A stretch of 64,000 bases of DNA from Sminthopsis crassicaudata. Taxonomy: Eukaryota. Of this stretch, positions 1 through 12,239 are shown in pieces. The notes beneath the pieces were generated by a model. The model had not been told where the DNA came from. It saw only the letters and a program-made list of their open reading frames with translations, and did not search any database. Location of the stretch: contig NC_133619.1 of NCBI RefSeq assembly GCF_048593235.1, positions 651,908,558 through 651,972,557 of the forward strand, read 5' to 3'. The translations under genes were made by a program, and so were the position numbers. Each line of letters opens with the position of its first letter. Positions within the stretch are counted from its first letter, which is position 1.

Positions 1-234
1 GTGTGCGGTAATCTCATGAGAAGACGTCAGTGACTTTGAAGAGTCAAAAGCATCATTTGTGCCTTTATTCGGGTGCCGTGGCCATATTTATGACCCTAAT
101 TGTTTACGCCTTGGCCACATGCATTCCCCATGTATACACCCTTGCCAGTGCATTGCAAGGGATGTCCATTCTCCCTACAATGTATTTGTGGGAATGCGTG
201 TCCGTAATGAATGGGGAAATGTTTACCACTACTA

Positions 235-379
235 TTTTTTTTTTTTTTTTTGCTGAGGCAACTGGGGTTAAGTGACTTGCTCAGAGTCACACATCCATGA
301 AGGATTAAGTGTCTGAGGCCGAATTTGAACTCACATCCTCCTGACTTCAGGCCTGATGCTCTAGTCACCTGGCTGCCCC
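235..379 (-). mobile_element. WSINE1/CORE-type marsupial SINE
   Basis: The reverse complement reads GGGGCAGCCAGG...TCAGGAGGATGTGAGTTCAAATTCGGCCTCAGACACTTAA...AAGTCACTTAACCCCAGTTGCCTCAGC followed by poly(A). Confidence 0.85.
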
Positions 380-924
380 CTACTTTTCTTTCTATATGAT
401 TTCATTAAATGTTTTTGCTTTGAACTAATTGTGTCCTTTACCCGATTAGTAAAAGTAAACATATTTATGGGGGCTCATCAGTTATGTTTTTGAGCATATT
501 TAGACCTACAAGTTATATTAAATTACAGTAGTTTTCTGGGGCTCTCATGAGTCAAAGGGGGTGCCCTTAGTTGCTCTGTGGATATAAGGAGCTGGACTCT
601 TCCATGCTGCCCCTTAGATGTTAATGTTCTTCCCCAAAAATATTACTTTGCAGATGTTATTATCTGCCTACACGATAGAATTAAGCTCTTAATGACTCAG
701 ATTATTTCTTTTTGTCTTCCTATCCCCAGGACTTAGCACAATGCTTGAGTGTAATTCAAGCTGAGTAAATACTTATTAAATTGTATTGAATTTGTCAGAA
801 CAAACTCAGAGCATTGTAGTCAGTTCGTTCACTTGACAAATATTTATTTCTTTTTTAATTTTTTTATTTCTTGTTATTTTTTTTCAAAGATGTATTGATT
901 GTCTGTGATATGGAAAGAGCTGTG

Positions 925-1015
925 GACACCATTCAGATCTGGATACCGTGTTTTAGGGAGGACATCGAGACGCCATGACGCTAGCGAGAGAGCTGGGATG
1001 TTTAGGCAGGAGAAC
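925..1015 (+). mobile_element. Old L3/CR1 LINE fragment
   Basis: TTCAGATCTGGATACCGTGTTTTAGGGAGGACATCGA and GAGCTGGGATGTTTAGG resemble the conserved L3 3' RT segment. Recognised by eye. Confidence 0.45.
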
Positions 1016-1424
1016 GGAGGGCCTTGAGGGCCCACAGGGGCTGTTTCCAGAATTTGGAGGACTTGTGAAATAGGAAAATGGCCTGTTTGTCTGATCCCAG
1101 AAGCCAGTCCTAGAAGCCATAGGTATGCGCGGTAAAGGGCTCGCTTGCAGTTTCCTCACTATGGGAGATTCCTCTGGAGGGAGCCGCTTCCCCATCCCTG
1201 GAGCTCTTAGTGAACAGGAGATGGCCACGGCCGCCTGGCTTCCAGGTTTGCAATCCTGTGCTGTGATCATCAGGCTGAATAAAAGCAAGAAGGAGGAGCT
1301 GGACATGGCATTGGCCCCCAATGCTTGTGGGTCCATGAAAAGCTTTCCTTTAGTTTATAGAAATATAGCAGGCCATTGGATAACAGTCCAGTGAGAGGAT
1401 GTGTTACCAGCTGGTGATCTATCT

Positions 1425-1535
1425 GAGCCATCAATAAACATTGCTTAAACACCTACTGCATACCAGGCACTATGTGAAGTGCTGGCGATTCATAACGGGT
1501 AAAAGATGGTTCCTGCCCTCAAGAAGCGTCCCATC
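1425..1535 (+). mobile_element. L2 3'-end fragment
   Basis: ATCAATAAACATTGCTTAAACACCTACTGCATACCAGGCACT...TCCTGCCCTCAAGAAGC is typical of the L2 terminus. Similar relics lie at about 3755-3830, 4040-4100, 25640-25750 and 53915-53945. Confidence 0.6.
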
Positions 1536-1979
1536 AGATGGGTGATCAGCCCAACCTGATTGCTGCACAATATTAGAGCACCATTCTTGGGGTGGCTAGG
1601 ATTCCGATTCTGGGAGTTCTCCTGGTAAGGTCTTCTTCTTTCACCTTCAGGACAAGCATTTGGGAGGAATTCTCTACTTCTTCTCCAAGAAATGAACTGT
1701 TAAGGAAATCTTCCCGCCTGACTCCATAATTAAGGTTCACCCAGGACGTAACCCCCAAGGTTAGAAAGATCAATTTTCAGGACTGCTAGTCTCTGATTTG
1801 GGCTTAGAAAGCAACGAGGCCATCTTGGAGTCACTTCCATCCTCAGTACTAATAAAGGACAGGATTAATATCGCCTGTGACCTATTATTTTTAATTATTG
1901 CACAGAAGAGTCCTTCTTGGGCTGATCTTAGCAAGAGGAGCAGAATACTGTTTCAGAACTGATAGTTAAAGAAAGACCA

Positions 1980-2323
1980 NNNNNNNNNNNNNNNNNNNNN
2001 NNNNNNNNNNNNNNNNNNNNNNNNNNNNNNNNNNNNNNNNNNNNNNNNNNNNNNNNNNNNNNNNNNNNNNNNNNNNNNNNNNNNNNNNNNNNNNNNNNNN
2101 NNNNNNNNNNNNNNNNNNNNNNNNNNNNNNNNNNNNNNNNNNNNNNNNNNNNNNNNNNNNNNNNNNNNNNNNNNNNNNNNNNNNNNNNNNNNNNNNNNNN
2201 NNNNNNNNNNNNNNNNNNNNNNNNNNNNNNNNNNNNNNNNNNNNNNNNNNNNNNNNNNNNNNNNNNNNNNNNNNNNNNNNNNNNNNNNNNNNNNNNNNNN
2301 NNNNNNNNNNNNNNNNNNNNNNN
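1980..2323. other. Assembly gap (344 N)
   Basis: Direct run of N. Confidence 1.
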
Positions 2324-3344
2324 ATCTATTAAAGGCTCAGAGATTCCTGCTAGTCTTTCAGAGGGGAAGAAAAGAGAAGAGCAGATCCTGGATCTCTCCC
2401 TTTCAAAGTTACCTGGAGCATCTTCCTCAGTTCTTCCTCAGTCACCAACAAGGGGGCCATTTTATCAAAACAAAGTAAAAGGCTAACAGAACTAGGAACC
2501 CATGTCTGTTCCAGGGGGACTCAGTTTCCACTATATACAATAAATCTATACCCCCAAATTGCCTATACACATGAAGTAGTTACATAGGATGTGATTTTGA
2601 AGAAAAAAAATTATGTACTCAGCACCCAAGCCTGACAGAAATAGTTTGTTGAGTTGGGATTATTCTCAATTCAAGCATTTTTCTACTTAGAGAAATGTCC
2701 AAACTGAAAAAAGTTCTTTCATGATCTTGGGCCTCTTTCTCACAATTTACTCTGATCTCACCCTTTAATAGGATTCACAAACAAGAAATATTTCACAGTC
2801 AAGACTGAGAAAAAGGTCCAAAGTTTAGGGAACACTTCAGTTAAGAACTGGCGTAATTAAACAGAACCAGAGTCACAACTTCTCTTGCATCCTAGAGAAA
2901 CATTTTCCTGAAATGATTCAATCCTTTGAATGTTACTCTTCAAGTTTCTCCTTCCCATTTGGTCAAAAGTGAAGAAAAGAGATATTTCCTATTAATTGAA
3001 ATAAAGAAGTTTCTTTCTACTTTTAGATGGATCATTATCATCATCCCTTCAGGGCATGGGGAAAGGGGGTTTCTCATGTTTGAGGTTTACCAATCAAGGC
3101 CTCCCTGCCCTGGTTTCATTACCGAACTAATTATTTCAGGGAAAAGTTCTTTCTGGGATGATTTTTAGCAAGGAGAGCAGAACACTGTTTCAGAATTGAT
3201 AATTAAAGACAGATCAATAAGATTTCTCTTTCAAATTAGCCCAAAGGTTTCAAACTATACATATACATATATATGTATGCATGTATTGTCTGTGATATGT
3301 AAAGAGCTGTGGAGCTATATTTGTGAAGAGAAGCTCTTTCTTTA

Positions 3345-3700
3345 AAAAAAATTTAAAAAATTTTCCCCAGTTACATATAAAAAACATTTTTGTTTTATGT
3401 GTACATTCATAGTTTTACGTTTCGTTATGAATCATGTTGAGAGAGAAAACTCAGAACAAAGGGGGAAAACCAGAAGAGAAAGAATAAAAAAACAGAAGAA
3501 AAAGAAAAAAAAGCAAACGGAGCATGGGTTGATTTACATTCAGTCTCCGTGGTTCTCTCTCTGGATGTGGATGGTGGTTTCCATCCAATGTTTGCCTTGG
3601 GTCACTGAATCACTGAGAACCAAGTCTGTTGTAGCTGATCATCCCACAATCTTGCTGTTGCTATGTACGATGTCTTTCTCAGCATCTCAAACTACAATCA
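3345..3700 (-). mobile_element. Marsupial L1 3'UTR fragment
   Basis: TTTTCCCCAGTTACATATAAAAAACATTTTT...CAGTCTCCGTGGTTCTCTCTCTGGATGTGGATGG...GTTGTAGCTGATCATCCCACAATCTTGCTGTTGCT matches the L1 3' end in reverse orientation. Confidence 0.65.
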
Positions 3701-4384
3701 TTCAAAAATATGTTCTTTATATTTCTAACAACAGGAGAGGAACAGAGTCAGGAAGGAAGGAAGCACTGATGAAGCACCCACACTATGTGCGAGGTATTGG
3801 GCATTTAGGATCCTGCCGACTCTAAGCCTAAAATGCTTTGGGATCAGAAGGACCCTCTGCAAGGAGGCGAATGAGACGAATCTCGGAAGATGTGAGATGG
3901 AAGTGGGGAGGAAAACCATTCCAGGAATGGATGGGGGATGCAGCGCAGATGCACCGAGGTGGGAGATAGAGCATTGTGGGATCGGTTTGTCTAGACCGCA
4001 GAGAGCAGGAACCTTGGAAAGATGGGGCCAGTGCTCAGTTAACAAGCATTTATGAAGTGCTGACTACGAGACAGGCACTGTGCTGGGGATACAAATAATG
4101 GCAAGAAGCATCTTTGGGGAGTAAAAGAACTGGGCAGAAGCAAGATACCCCAGAACAAATGGGTTGGCAAGGGCTTTGAAAGCTAAGCAAATTAGCTGTC
4201 GTCTTCTAGATGCAATGGGGAGCTGCTGGTGACTAAGTGAATAACAAGATAGACCTGAAGTCAAGGAAAATGACTTGGGCAGTGATGCGGTGAATGAGTT
4301 GGAGTGAGGAGGAGCCTAAAGTTGGGCCAACGAAGGACCCATTGATTGCAGGAAAGGGGTGCAGGACTTCCAAACTGATGCAGG

Positions 4385-4770
4385 GGTTTTATTTATTTAT
4401 TTTTTACTTATTTATTTATTTGTTTTTTTTATAATATTATCCTTTGTATTCAATTTTCCAAATTATCCCCTCCCTCCCTCCACTCCCTCCCCCCGATGAC
4501 AGGTAATCCCATACATTTTACATGTATTACAGTATAACCTAGATACAATATATGTGTGTAAATACCATTTTCTTGTTGCACATTAAGTATTAGATTCCGA
4601 AGGTGTAAGTACCCTGGGTAGACAGAGAGTAGTGCTAACAATTTACATTCGCTTCCCAGTGTTCCTTCTCTGGGTGTAGTTGTTTCTGTCCATCACTGAT
4701 CAACTGGAAGTGAGCTGGATCTTCTCTATGTTGAAGATTTCCACTTCCATCAGAATACATCCTCATACAA
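4385..4770 (-). mobile_element. Marsupial L1 3' end with (TTTA)n tail
   Basis: A (TTTA)n tail is followed by TTTTCCAAATTATCCCCTCCCTCCCTCCACTCCC...CATACATTTTACATG...CATCACTGATCAACTGGAAGTGAG. Confidence 0.7.
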
Positions 4771-5662
4771 CACTGAAGTGTACAGCGATCTTCTGGTTCT
4801 ATTCTAGATGAAATTTCTTTAACTTTAAACGTTTCCCCCCCCAGGGCAGCTGCTGATTCCTCCATCCCTTATACAAGGAAGTTAGTACCTGTGACAAGGT
4901 GTTAATAACCAAATATTGGTGATTTTTCCCCAAGTCTGCGGTGGTTGTTTTAAGAGCGAAATCATCTCTAATACTGAAGATCTACTTCGATAAGGAGCCG
5001 TATCAGCGTTTTACCGCTTAGTTATGTTTGGTGGATTTCAGAGAAAATGGCGCCCCATTCAGTAACTTCTTTAACGTGTTGGTGCATTGTAGTTTAACCA
5101 ATATTTAATCACCCCTAAAGGAGGACTTTCAGGACGGTCATTTTCCTTAGCCGTGGCTGTGCCCTGATGGCCATTTTTCCTCTGCCTCTCTACAAGTTCA
5201 TCCCCATGTGAAAGGGAAGCAGAGTGCCTGCCCCACCCTGGGCCACCTCTGACCTCTGCCCTGAGACCCTTTTAAGCACAATGATTTGTAAGCTTTTTTC
5301 TTTTTAGATCCGAGCCTCTGATGTGGGATTTGGCTATTTGAAAGAAAATTCTTTGGAACCGTAAGTAATATTACTCCTCGAATGGGCATCCAGGTGTGGA
5401 TGAGACCCACAGATCAGAAAGCCTGCCCTCCCAGAAGGCCCAGAACCTCAGCAGCTGGAGGTTTGAAGGACGGCTTTCTGAGCTCCACTTGAGGTCAGCC
5501 TCTTTTAACAATTTGCAAACTATGTTCCTTTCTACAGGAATGATTCCCACCTATTTCTGACTCTGGCAAGGGAGTGGAGTTCACTTGTGGTTTTCATAGC
5601 TGAAGTCAAACAGCTAAGTTTGCTTTGTCCTCTGCCTGCTTTTTTTTCTCTTACAGTACAAT

Positions 5663-5804
5663 TTTTTCCCCCCCTGAGGCTGGGGTTAAGTGACTTGCCC
5701 AGGGTCACACAGCTAGGTGGTGTTAAGTGTCTGAGACCAGATTTGAACTCGGGTCCTCCTGAATTCAAGGCTAGTGCTCTATCCACTGCGCCACCTAGCG
5801 GCCC
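5663..5804 (-). mobile_element. WSINE1-type SINE
   Basis: Near full-length reverse copy: CTGAGGCTGGGGTTAAGTGACTTGCCCAGGGTCACACAGCTAGG...GATTTGAACTC...CCACTGCGCCACCTAGCGGCCCC. Confidence 0.9.
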
Positions 5805-5889
5805 CAGTACACTTCTAAATTCAGAGCAAGTGGTCAGCTTAAAAGCCATGAGCAAAGCTCAAGTGTAAAACCTTCCTGTTTCTATTTGA

Positions 5890-6600
5890 AAATGTGTGGT
5901 CATTAGGTAAATGACTGTTTTCCATCATTGGGCGGATGAACAGCTGGCCTAGTCATCTGCCTCTTAGTACTGAGGAGACACCAAGAGGTTGGGGTCACAG
6001 CCAGCGTCTCGAGATGTCTCAAAAGAATCTGCAGGCTTGAATCCCTCCCCAAGTCAAGGGGCATATTTATTGTAATGTCACCTGAAGCGGGCTGAGTGCC
6101 AAGAGGATTTAGCAAAGAACCAGGAGCAAGAAGATAAATTTATAGGAAAAGACAGAGAGATCCGGTTCTTCATGTCACTGATTTGCTGATTTTATGACCC
6201 AAAGGTAGAACTGGAGAGTGGTCTGGTATACAGCTCAATATTTGTCTCAGAAACCCTTTATCACGGACCAACGGATTGTTATCTGGCAGTCAGGAAAGTT
6301 TCTAGGACGACACTATAGTATTCCCAAGGCCAGGAGACTTTAGGATCATCGGCAGGCAGATTATTAGAACAACAGCACTCCTAAAGTCTAGATGATTATA
6401 TTCCTAAGGCCAGAAGACTTTAGGATCATCGACAGGCAGATTATTAAAGAACTACAGCACTCTAAGGTCAGGGGACCTCAGGATTATCGCTATATTTCCC
6501 CTAGAAGCTGTATCTATCATTACTAGAGATATAGCTTACTAGAAATGTTTGTATAAGGTCTCTACACTTTTCAAAATGTCAGAACATTTAGCTATTGATC
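5890..6600 (-). mobile_element. Probable solo ERV LTR (boundaries approximate)
   Basis: On the minus strand, TATAAA (6144-6139) is followed about 70 nt later by AATAAA (6071-6066). Upstream is an 80-bp-period direct repeat (6321-6388 / 6401-6469) like U3 enhancer repeats. Confidence 0.5.
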
Positions 6601-6683
6601 AACCATTAGTGAGAGCCAGCTACTATTCTCATGCAGTGTGAAAGAGAACTTTAATGCAGTTTTTCTTTTAAGAAATGTAACTT

Positions 6684-6837
6684 GGGGCAGCTAGGTGGCG
6701 CAGTGAATAGAGCACCAGCCTTGAATTCAGGAGGACCCGAGTTCAGATCTGGTCTCAGACACTTAACACTTCCTAGCTGTGTGACCCTGGGCAAGTCACT
6801 TAACCCCAGCCTCAAAAAAAAAAAAAAAAAAAAAAAA
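6684..6837 (+). mobile_element. Young full-length WSINE1-type SINE with target-site duplication
   Basis: GGGGCAGCTAGGTGGCGCAGTG...GAGTTCAGATC (Pol III A/B boxes), a pure poly(A) tail, and a perfect 14-bp TSD AAGAAATGTAACTT at 6670-6683 and 6838-6851. Confidence 0.95.
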
Positions 6838-9800
6838 AAGAAATGTAACTTAGAGTTTTTGTTGCATCCATGCAACAAAGCTATTGGGGGCAATTTAAGC
6901 TATTTATTTAAGCTAATGGGGGACATGTTTGTCCTGGGTGTCTGTGGCACTAGCATGTTTCATGATAAAGAACTTATATTCAGACCAAGCCATAGGCACT
7001 TGATTTGGGGGTGCAGCCACGAAGAGCCATCTTACTCCACTGTAGGCAATGGGCTTTTGATTAAAGTCCCATCCCAGCCAGAGATCTTTACTGCGTCCAA
7101 ACCCCAGTGGGTGCTTATGCTAGTGTCTCCTTCTGGGCCCTGTAAGTAGCGGGCACCCCTATGGTATCACCAGACTTGGACATCAGTTCCTCTCTCTCAC
7201 TCCAGCCCCACAGACCCTGTATTTTACTCTCAGTTTCTGGACGCCGCTTAAGTGTCCAAGGATCTGGCCCCTAAGATTTCAGGCTGCTAGACCCCCAACC
7301 CTCTTTTCAAAAGATTCAGCCCATTAAGCAAGTGGGGAAATGATGAGGTCCGGAATGGTGGACATGTTGGGCAGAGAGAAACGGAAGAAGTGAAAAACTT
7401 GGCCCCTGAGGAGGGCAGGAGAAGGCCCTGACAGAGGTCAGTTGAGCTCCGTGGTCCCCCCCTTTGGGGAGGTGTCCATCAGAAATCCAAATTGTGTCAA
7501 ACCCCCACCCCGAGGGCCATTCCATGGCTGCTGCTACCATGTTGCTTCGCCTTGTGGGTCCTTCCCCTTCCTCTTCCCCCATGCCATGGGGTCTCTCCCC
7601 TAACTCCCCACCCCGCTTCTCCTTACAGCCCACTCTTTTGGGGTGCTGAGTCCCTTCCAGGGCTTAGCCTGCCGGCGAGGGTTCACCCCAACCTCATGGG
7701 CTGCTCCCTTCCTCCTGGGAAATGAGGAACTTATTTTTCACATGCTCTCCCACTTCCTATTTACCATTTTTCCTATTTCCACATACTTTCCCTAATTTCA
7801 CACATTACCTTGTGTCTACTGTATCCCACCATTTTGTCTGGGACTCTTCCCCAGACAAATCTACCCCTAGCAAAGGCGATGGCCATGTGAACACATCACG
7901 TGACCAAACTCCAACTTTTGGTACCCGCCCGACGCGTCTCCCTCGGCCATGCCACGGGGTACAGAGAGAGACGAAGGGCCCAGCCTCCGCTCTCGGGGGG
8001 CTCCCGGGAGAAGACAGCGCCCCGAGCCCGAGTTCCAATCTGGCCTCAGACACTTGTTGTGTGTCTGGGCTGGGGAGGAAATGGCTACATTCCAGGCCCT
8101 TTCCGTGTCAGGGAGCAAGCAGCAAGTAAACATGTGTGACCAAGCTACATATAGGAGATAAGGCGGGGGCACTAGACTTAAGAGGCGTTAGGGGAAGCTT
8201 CCTGCAGAGCGTGGGACTTAAGGGAAGCCAGCGGGAGATGAGAGGGAGGGCATTCCCCTCGTGGGGGACAGCAGGGGAAGCAGCTGAGCGGAGGCCGAGG
8301 TCAGAGTCTCTGCACTGAAGCATGCCTCAGAAGGAAGGTGTGAGGCGGGAGGGTGGGACCTGAGCGGTGAAGAGACTTCAGAGACAGCGGAGGGCCTTGT
8401 GTTTAACCCTGCGTCACGGAACTCTGTGCCCACCTGGGGATCCTACGGACCCCTCTCAGAATGATATTTTTAAATGAATAAAATGAAATACGTAAGCTTA
8501 CAAAGGAAACAATTATATTGAGATGCAAAAATGTGAAAAACTCAAATCCTTGGACCCCGGGTTAAGGAGCTCTGCTCTAGACGGCCTCCGGCCTGGAGAG
8601 GCCGTCTACAAGGAAAGGGGTCTCTGAGCCAAGTTGTCCGGCTATCTTCGGCTGCCGCTGCTCTAGACCGGATGAAACCGGTTTATCAGGCGCTCACAGC
8701 ATACCACGCAGTGTCCAGAGCCACAAAGGCAGGGTACGAGTGGTCAGCACTGCTGCCCATGTGGCCTGGGGGGGTGGCGGCCCCAGGAGGGCAGACTGGA
8801 CACAGGGGACCTCTTCTCCCCCCATCCCCCGAAGGAGACCAGTTCCAAGAAGGGAAGCAGGAGGTCGGGCCGTCAATGCCCATAGCAATTAACCAAACCC
8901 AGAGAGAGCATCCACAAGAGGCGCCATACAGGTAGGATCTCCCCCCAGGGTGAGACAACCGTCCTAGCTCTCACCCAAGGGGGGATTTCCGGAAAGCGCT
9001 TCCATCGGAGCTGAGGACCGGCCGGCTGGAACCCGGAAGCCCCCCCAAGTTCGGAAGACCCGAATTCTCCTCTCCGGCCCATGCCCACTTTGCTGCCTCT
9101 GACGCAAGCCTCTACGCTGATCCCCGTCCATGACGAGGGATCCCAGGCTGATGGATTTGGGGATTGGGATTACAAAAAATAGATTTCCTCCCCTCAAATG
9201 TACGCCCTTTAAAAACTATTTTTCCAGCATCTATAACCTGTCCTCCTTCCTCAACTGAGCAACAACCGGAGGAGGAAGACGCCAATGGGCCCCTGTGGAT
9301 GGCGCCTCCAGCCCGTCGCTGCCCCGGCGATGGGGGAGGGGCGGTTTCATCTCCAGGTCTCTCTCTGGGCTCTTCAGTGTCTGGTTACGATTTGACAATC
9401 TCTCAAAACGGTTTTCTGTATGACGTCACTGGGAGAGGATTCCCCCAGTCCCGCTCACTTCTCTGCGGTCATCCGCGCCACGTGACCGGACGGTACCTGG
9501 GAGACGACGGGCACTTTCTCCCTTTCCCGGCAGGAAGGAGGCCAAGTGGCTGTTCTCAGACCGGCCCATCTCGGGGGATCGGGCTTGTAGGAGTGATTGT
9601 GAGGGGGGGTCAGTTTTCATCGCCTCTTCCCCCAGATCTGAGCTCTTTGAACCACTTTGAGACGTTGATTAGCAAAGGTTCGGGCCCTGCTCCGCTCTCG
9701 GATCCTCGCGGTGCTCCCGCCTTAGTTTCCCTGAGGAGCCCCAGGCTGAGTCTCCCACATAAAAGCCCGGGCCGGTCAGGACGGACGGAATCTTCCCCTC

Positions 9801-12239
9801 CGTGCGGATAACCGGCCCGCTCGGCTCCTCCGCGGCTCTGACCTGCGGCTCCCTCCCACCTCGCAGTGTTTCCCGAGTTCTCGGGGGACTTGGGGACCTT
9901 TTATTCTCTCCCACTCTGGTGCAGTCTCCTTCCGGTGTCTCTGTATCCCTTCACTTTGTCCGTGACCCTTCCCCTACATAAGATGGAGCCGCGGCCACTT
10001 CTCCCTAGGCCTCCTGGTGCAACTTGGGCCACGTCATGAGATCACACTCACGCGCCGGAATTTCTCAGGGGCCCCTTCGTGTCCCATTGTTGATTACGCT
10101 GAAGAGATGCTACAATTACAGGCTAAGCGACTGGCCCAGGGTCACACAGCTAGAAGTGCTGGGGCTGGATTTGAACTCGGCTCCTCCTGACCGGGTGCCA
10201 GCCACGTGCGGCCTGACCAGTGTCCCTGTACCCGTGGGTCTTCCTCCTTTTTGGTCTCCCTGGAGACCGCAGGAAGGAGTTACCGTCCCCTGGCCGGGTG
10301 GGTGAGAACACACAACAGAGGCCGGAGATCTGGTGCAGACAGAGCGCCCGGGCGTCACCAGATGGAGAGAACACCAGGAACAGCTCAGATTTGAGCGGAT
10401 GGTTCCATATCTGGGAGGGGGAGGGAGGGGAGAGAACAGCATTTGTCCCGCTGGGGAGGGGGGTACAGAGGTGGGAGCGTAGTCCATGGGTGCTGCGGCC
10501 TTTGCCTGCGGGCAGCAGTCACGTGGTCACGGGCCTGGGGGTCCCTCCTTTCCCGAGGCTCGGAGTTTGTAGTAGATCAGTGCGCCCCCTGTGGCCAGGC
10601 CGGGACACACGCGCCTTCCTCTGCCAGGCCGTCTCACTGCTTCTTGGGGCCGAGGCCTGCTGAGTTCTCACCCCAGGAGCCGCTGCTCTTCCCTCCCGGA
10701 CTTGTCTACGCGTGGGCGCCCGAGGTAAGGGAGCGTGGGCGCGGGACTTGTTCTTTGCAGACGTTGCACACGAAGGCGGCCTCCAGAGCGCGACACCGTG
10801 AGCGTGCACCCCAAGGAGCCGGGTCCTCTGCGGCGCGCGGTCCGAACCCACCATCACCGCAGATGGGGAAGCTCCGAGGCGGCGCTGAGACCTTGGCGGT
10901 CTGCTTCTCGGCGAAGTCCACCCCCAGGGCCAGCTCGGCGTTGGGAGGCTCTGACGGAAAGCGAGGGCGGAGGGGCCGGACTGACCAGCAAGGAGAGGGA
11001 CTCCTGTGCCGGCCTCATGGATGTCTGTGAAGCCCGGAGTCCGCCTGCGCCATCCCGGAAACGGAGGCGCTTCCATTTGCCCGCCTTAGGAAGATCACCT
11101 GGCAGGAGAAGGTTCCAGCCGCCGAGGGCCCGTCTCCTCCTGACTTCGGAGCACTCCATCTCCCCGGGGTGAGAGGAGGCCACAGTGCTTGAATGCCGCA
11201 TGCGCGCTTGCCAAGGTTATTTCATGGAGAACTCACACAGGGCAAGCGCTCCAAGGTGGAAGAAGAGCGACACCGGGACGCTCTCAGGGTCTCTCCTAAC
11301 AAGTCTGGAACTGGAAGGAAAAGCGAGCCGCAGTTAGTCCGGATGTTCATGTGGGCGATTTGTGTCCCACCTGGGGCGGTCCGACACCCGTCACTCCACT
11401 CTAATGGGGTGATGTCATCTGGGTCCCCCTTCAGAACGAGGGACACCAGCACCCACCGCCGGCGGCAGGGGAGGGGAGTGATGGGCGGGGCTTAGCTGGG
11501 GCAGCTGCATTTGGAGAGGAAGCACGTGGCCTGCTCCTGCGCATCCATCTGCTCCCATGGGAAGGTGGTTTGGAGGTCTTACCTCCTGTTTGCCTGGGAG
11601 CTCCTGGGAGAGCGCGAGGTGGGCTTCACCTAGCATGACACTGTCCCTACGCAAAGAACTCTCTAGAACCCAGGCCCAAATCAGGAAGATCTGCCCCCAG
11701 AAGTAAGAATAGACTAGAAATTCCTCATGGAGCAGATGTTCCCCCAAAACTCAGAATAGACTTTCCCAAAATTTATTGACGGAGCAGTTCAAGGACCCTT
11801 GCCAGGAAAGGACACACGGACTCTTCCCGCCTCCTAGAATCTATGGACGGAACAGTGCAATGACTTATGCGGTGGGGGAGGCACATCCTTTAGTTCTCCC
11901 AGCCTCCTTCAATCTTGGTGGATTGGACAGAGCCTGGACTCTTGGGCGGGGGGATTCTCCCCTATATTTCAGAATGGACTCTCCCACACATCCTCCCCTA
12001 TATTTCGGAATGGACTCTCCCAGTCCATCTTCCTAGTAGCTCCAGGGATTCATGGAAGAAACACTTCCCTGGATTCAGAACGTCCAGTCTCAGGCTTTAT
12101 TTCCTGAGCCCAGGGGGACCAGGGTCACGGTCGATAACGGGGAACTTCGTCAGACTCCTCACTAGTGCCCTCCTCCAGCCTCCCCCTAAGCCAGGCCCTT
12201 TTCTGCAGCAGGGAATTGCAGGCCTTATTCCGCCTATCC

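Noticed and set aside
953-1336. Minus-strand ORF with a signal-peptide-like stretch (MSSSSFLLLFSLMITAQDC)
   Set aside because: No recognisable homology or splice structure. It overlaps an L3 relic and does not match ADM5 or other expected neighbours.
9164-9811. 215-aa ORF
   Set aside because: Starts at TTG, runs through promoter-like CpG DNA, and has no recognisable domain.
10706-11076. DIHEAG (TSKS-like) and FVCNVCKEQ (RING-like) peptide snippets
   Set aside because: The matches are only 5-9 residues, do not extend, and lack consistent splice sites. The apparent 10725-10760 intron is too short (36 nt).
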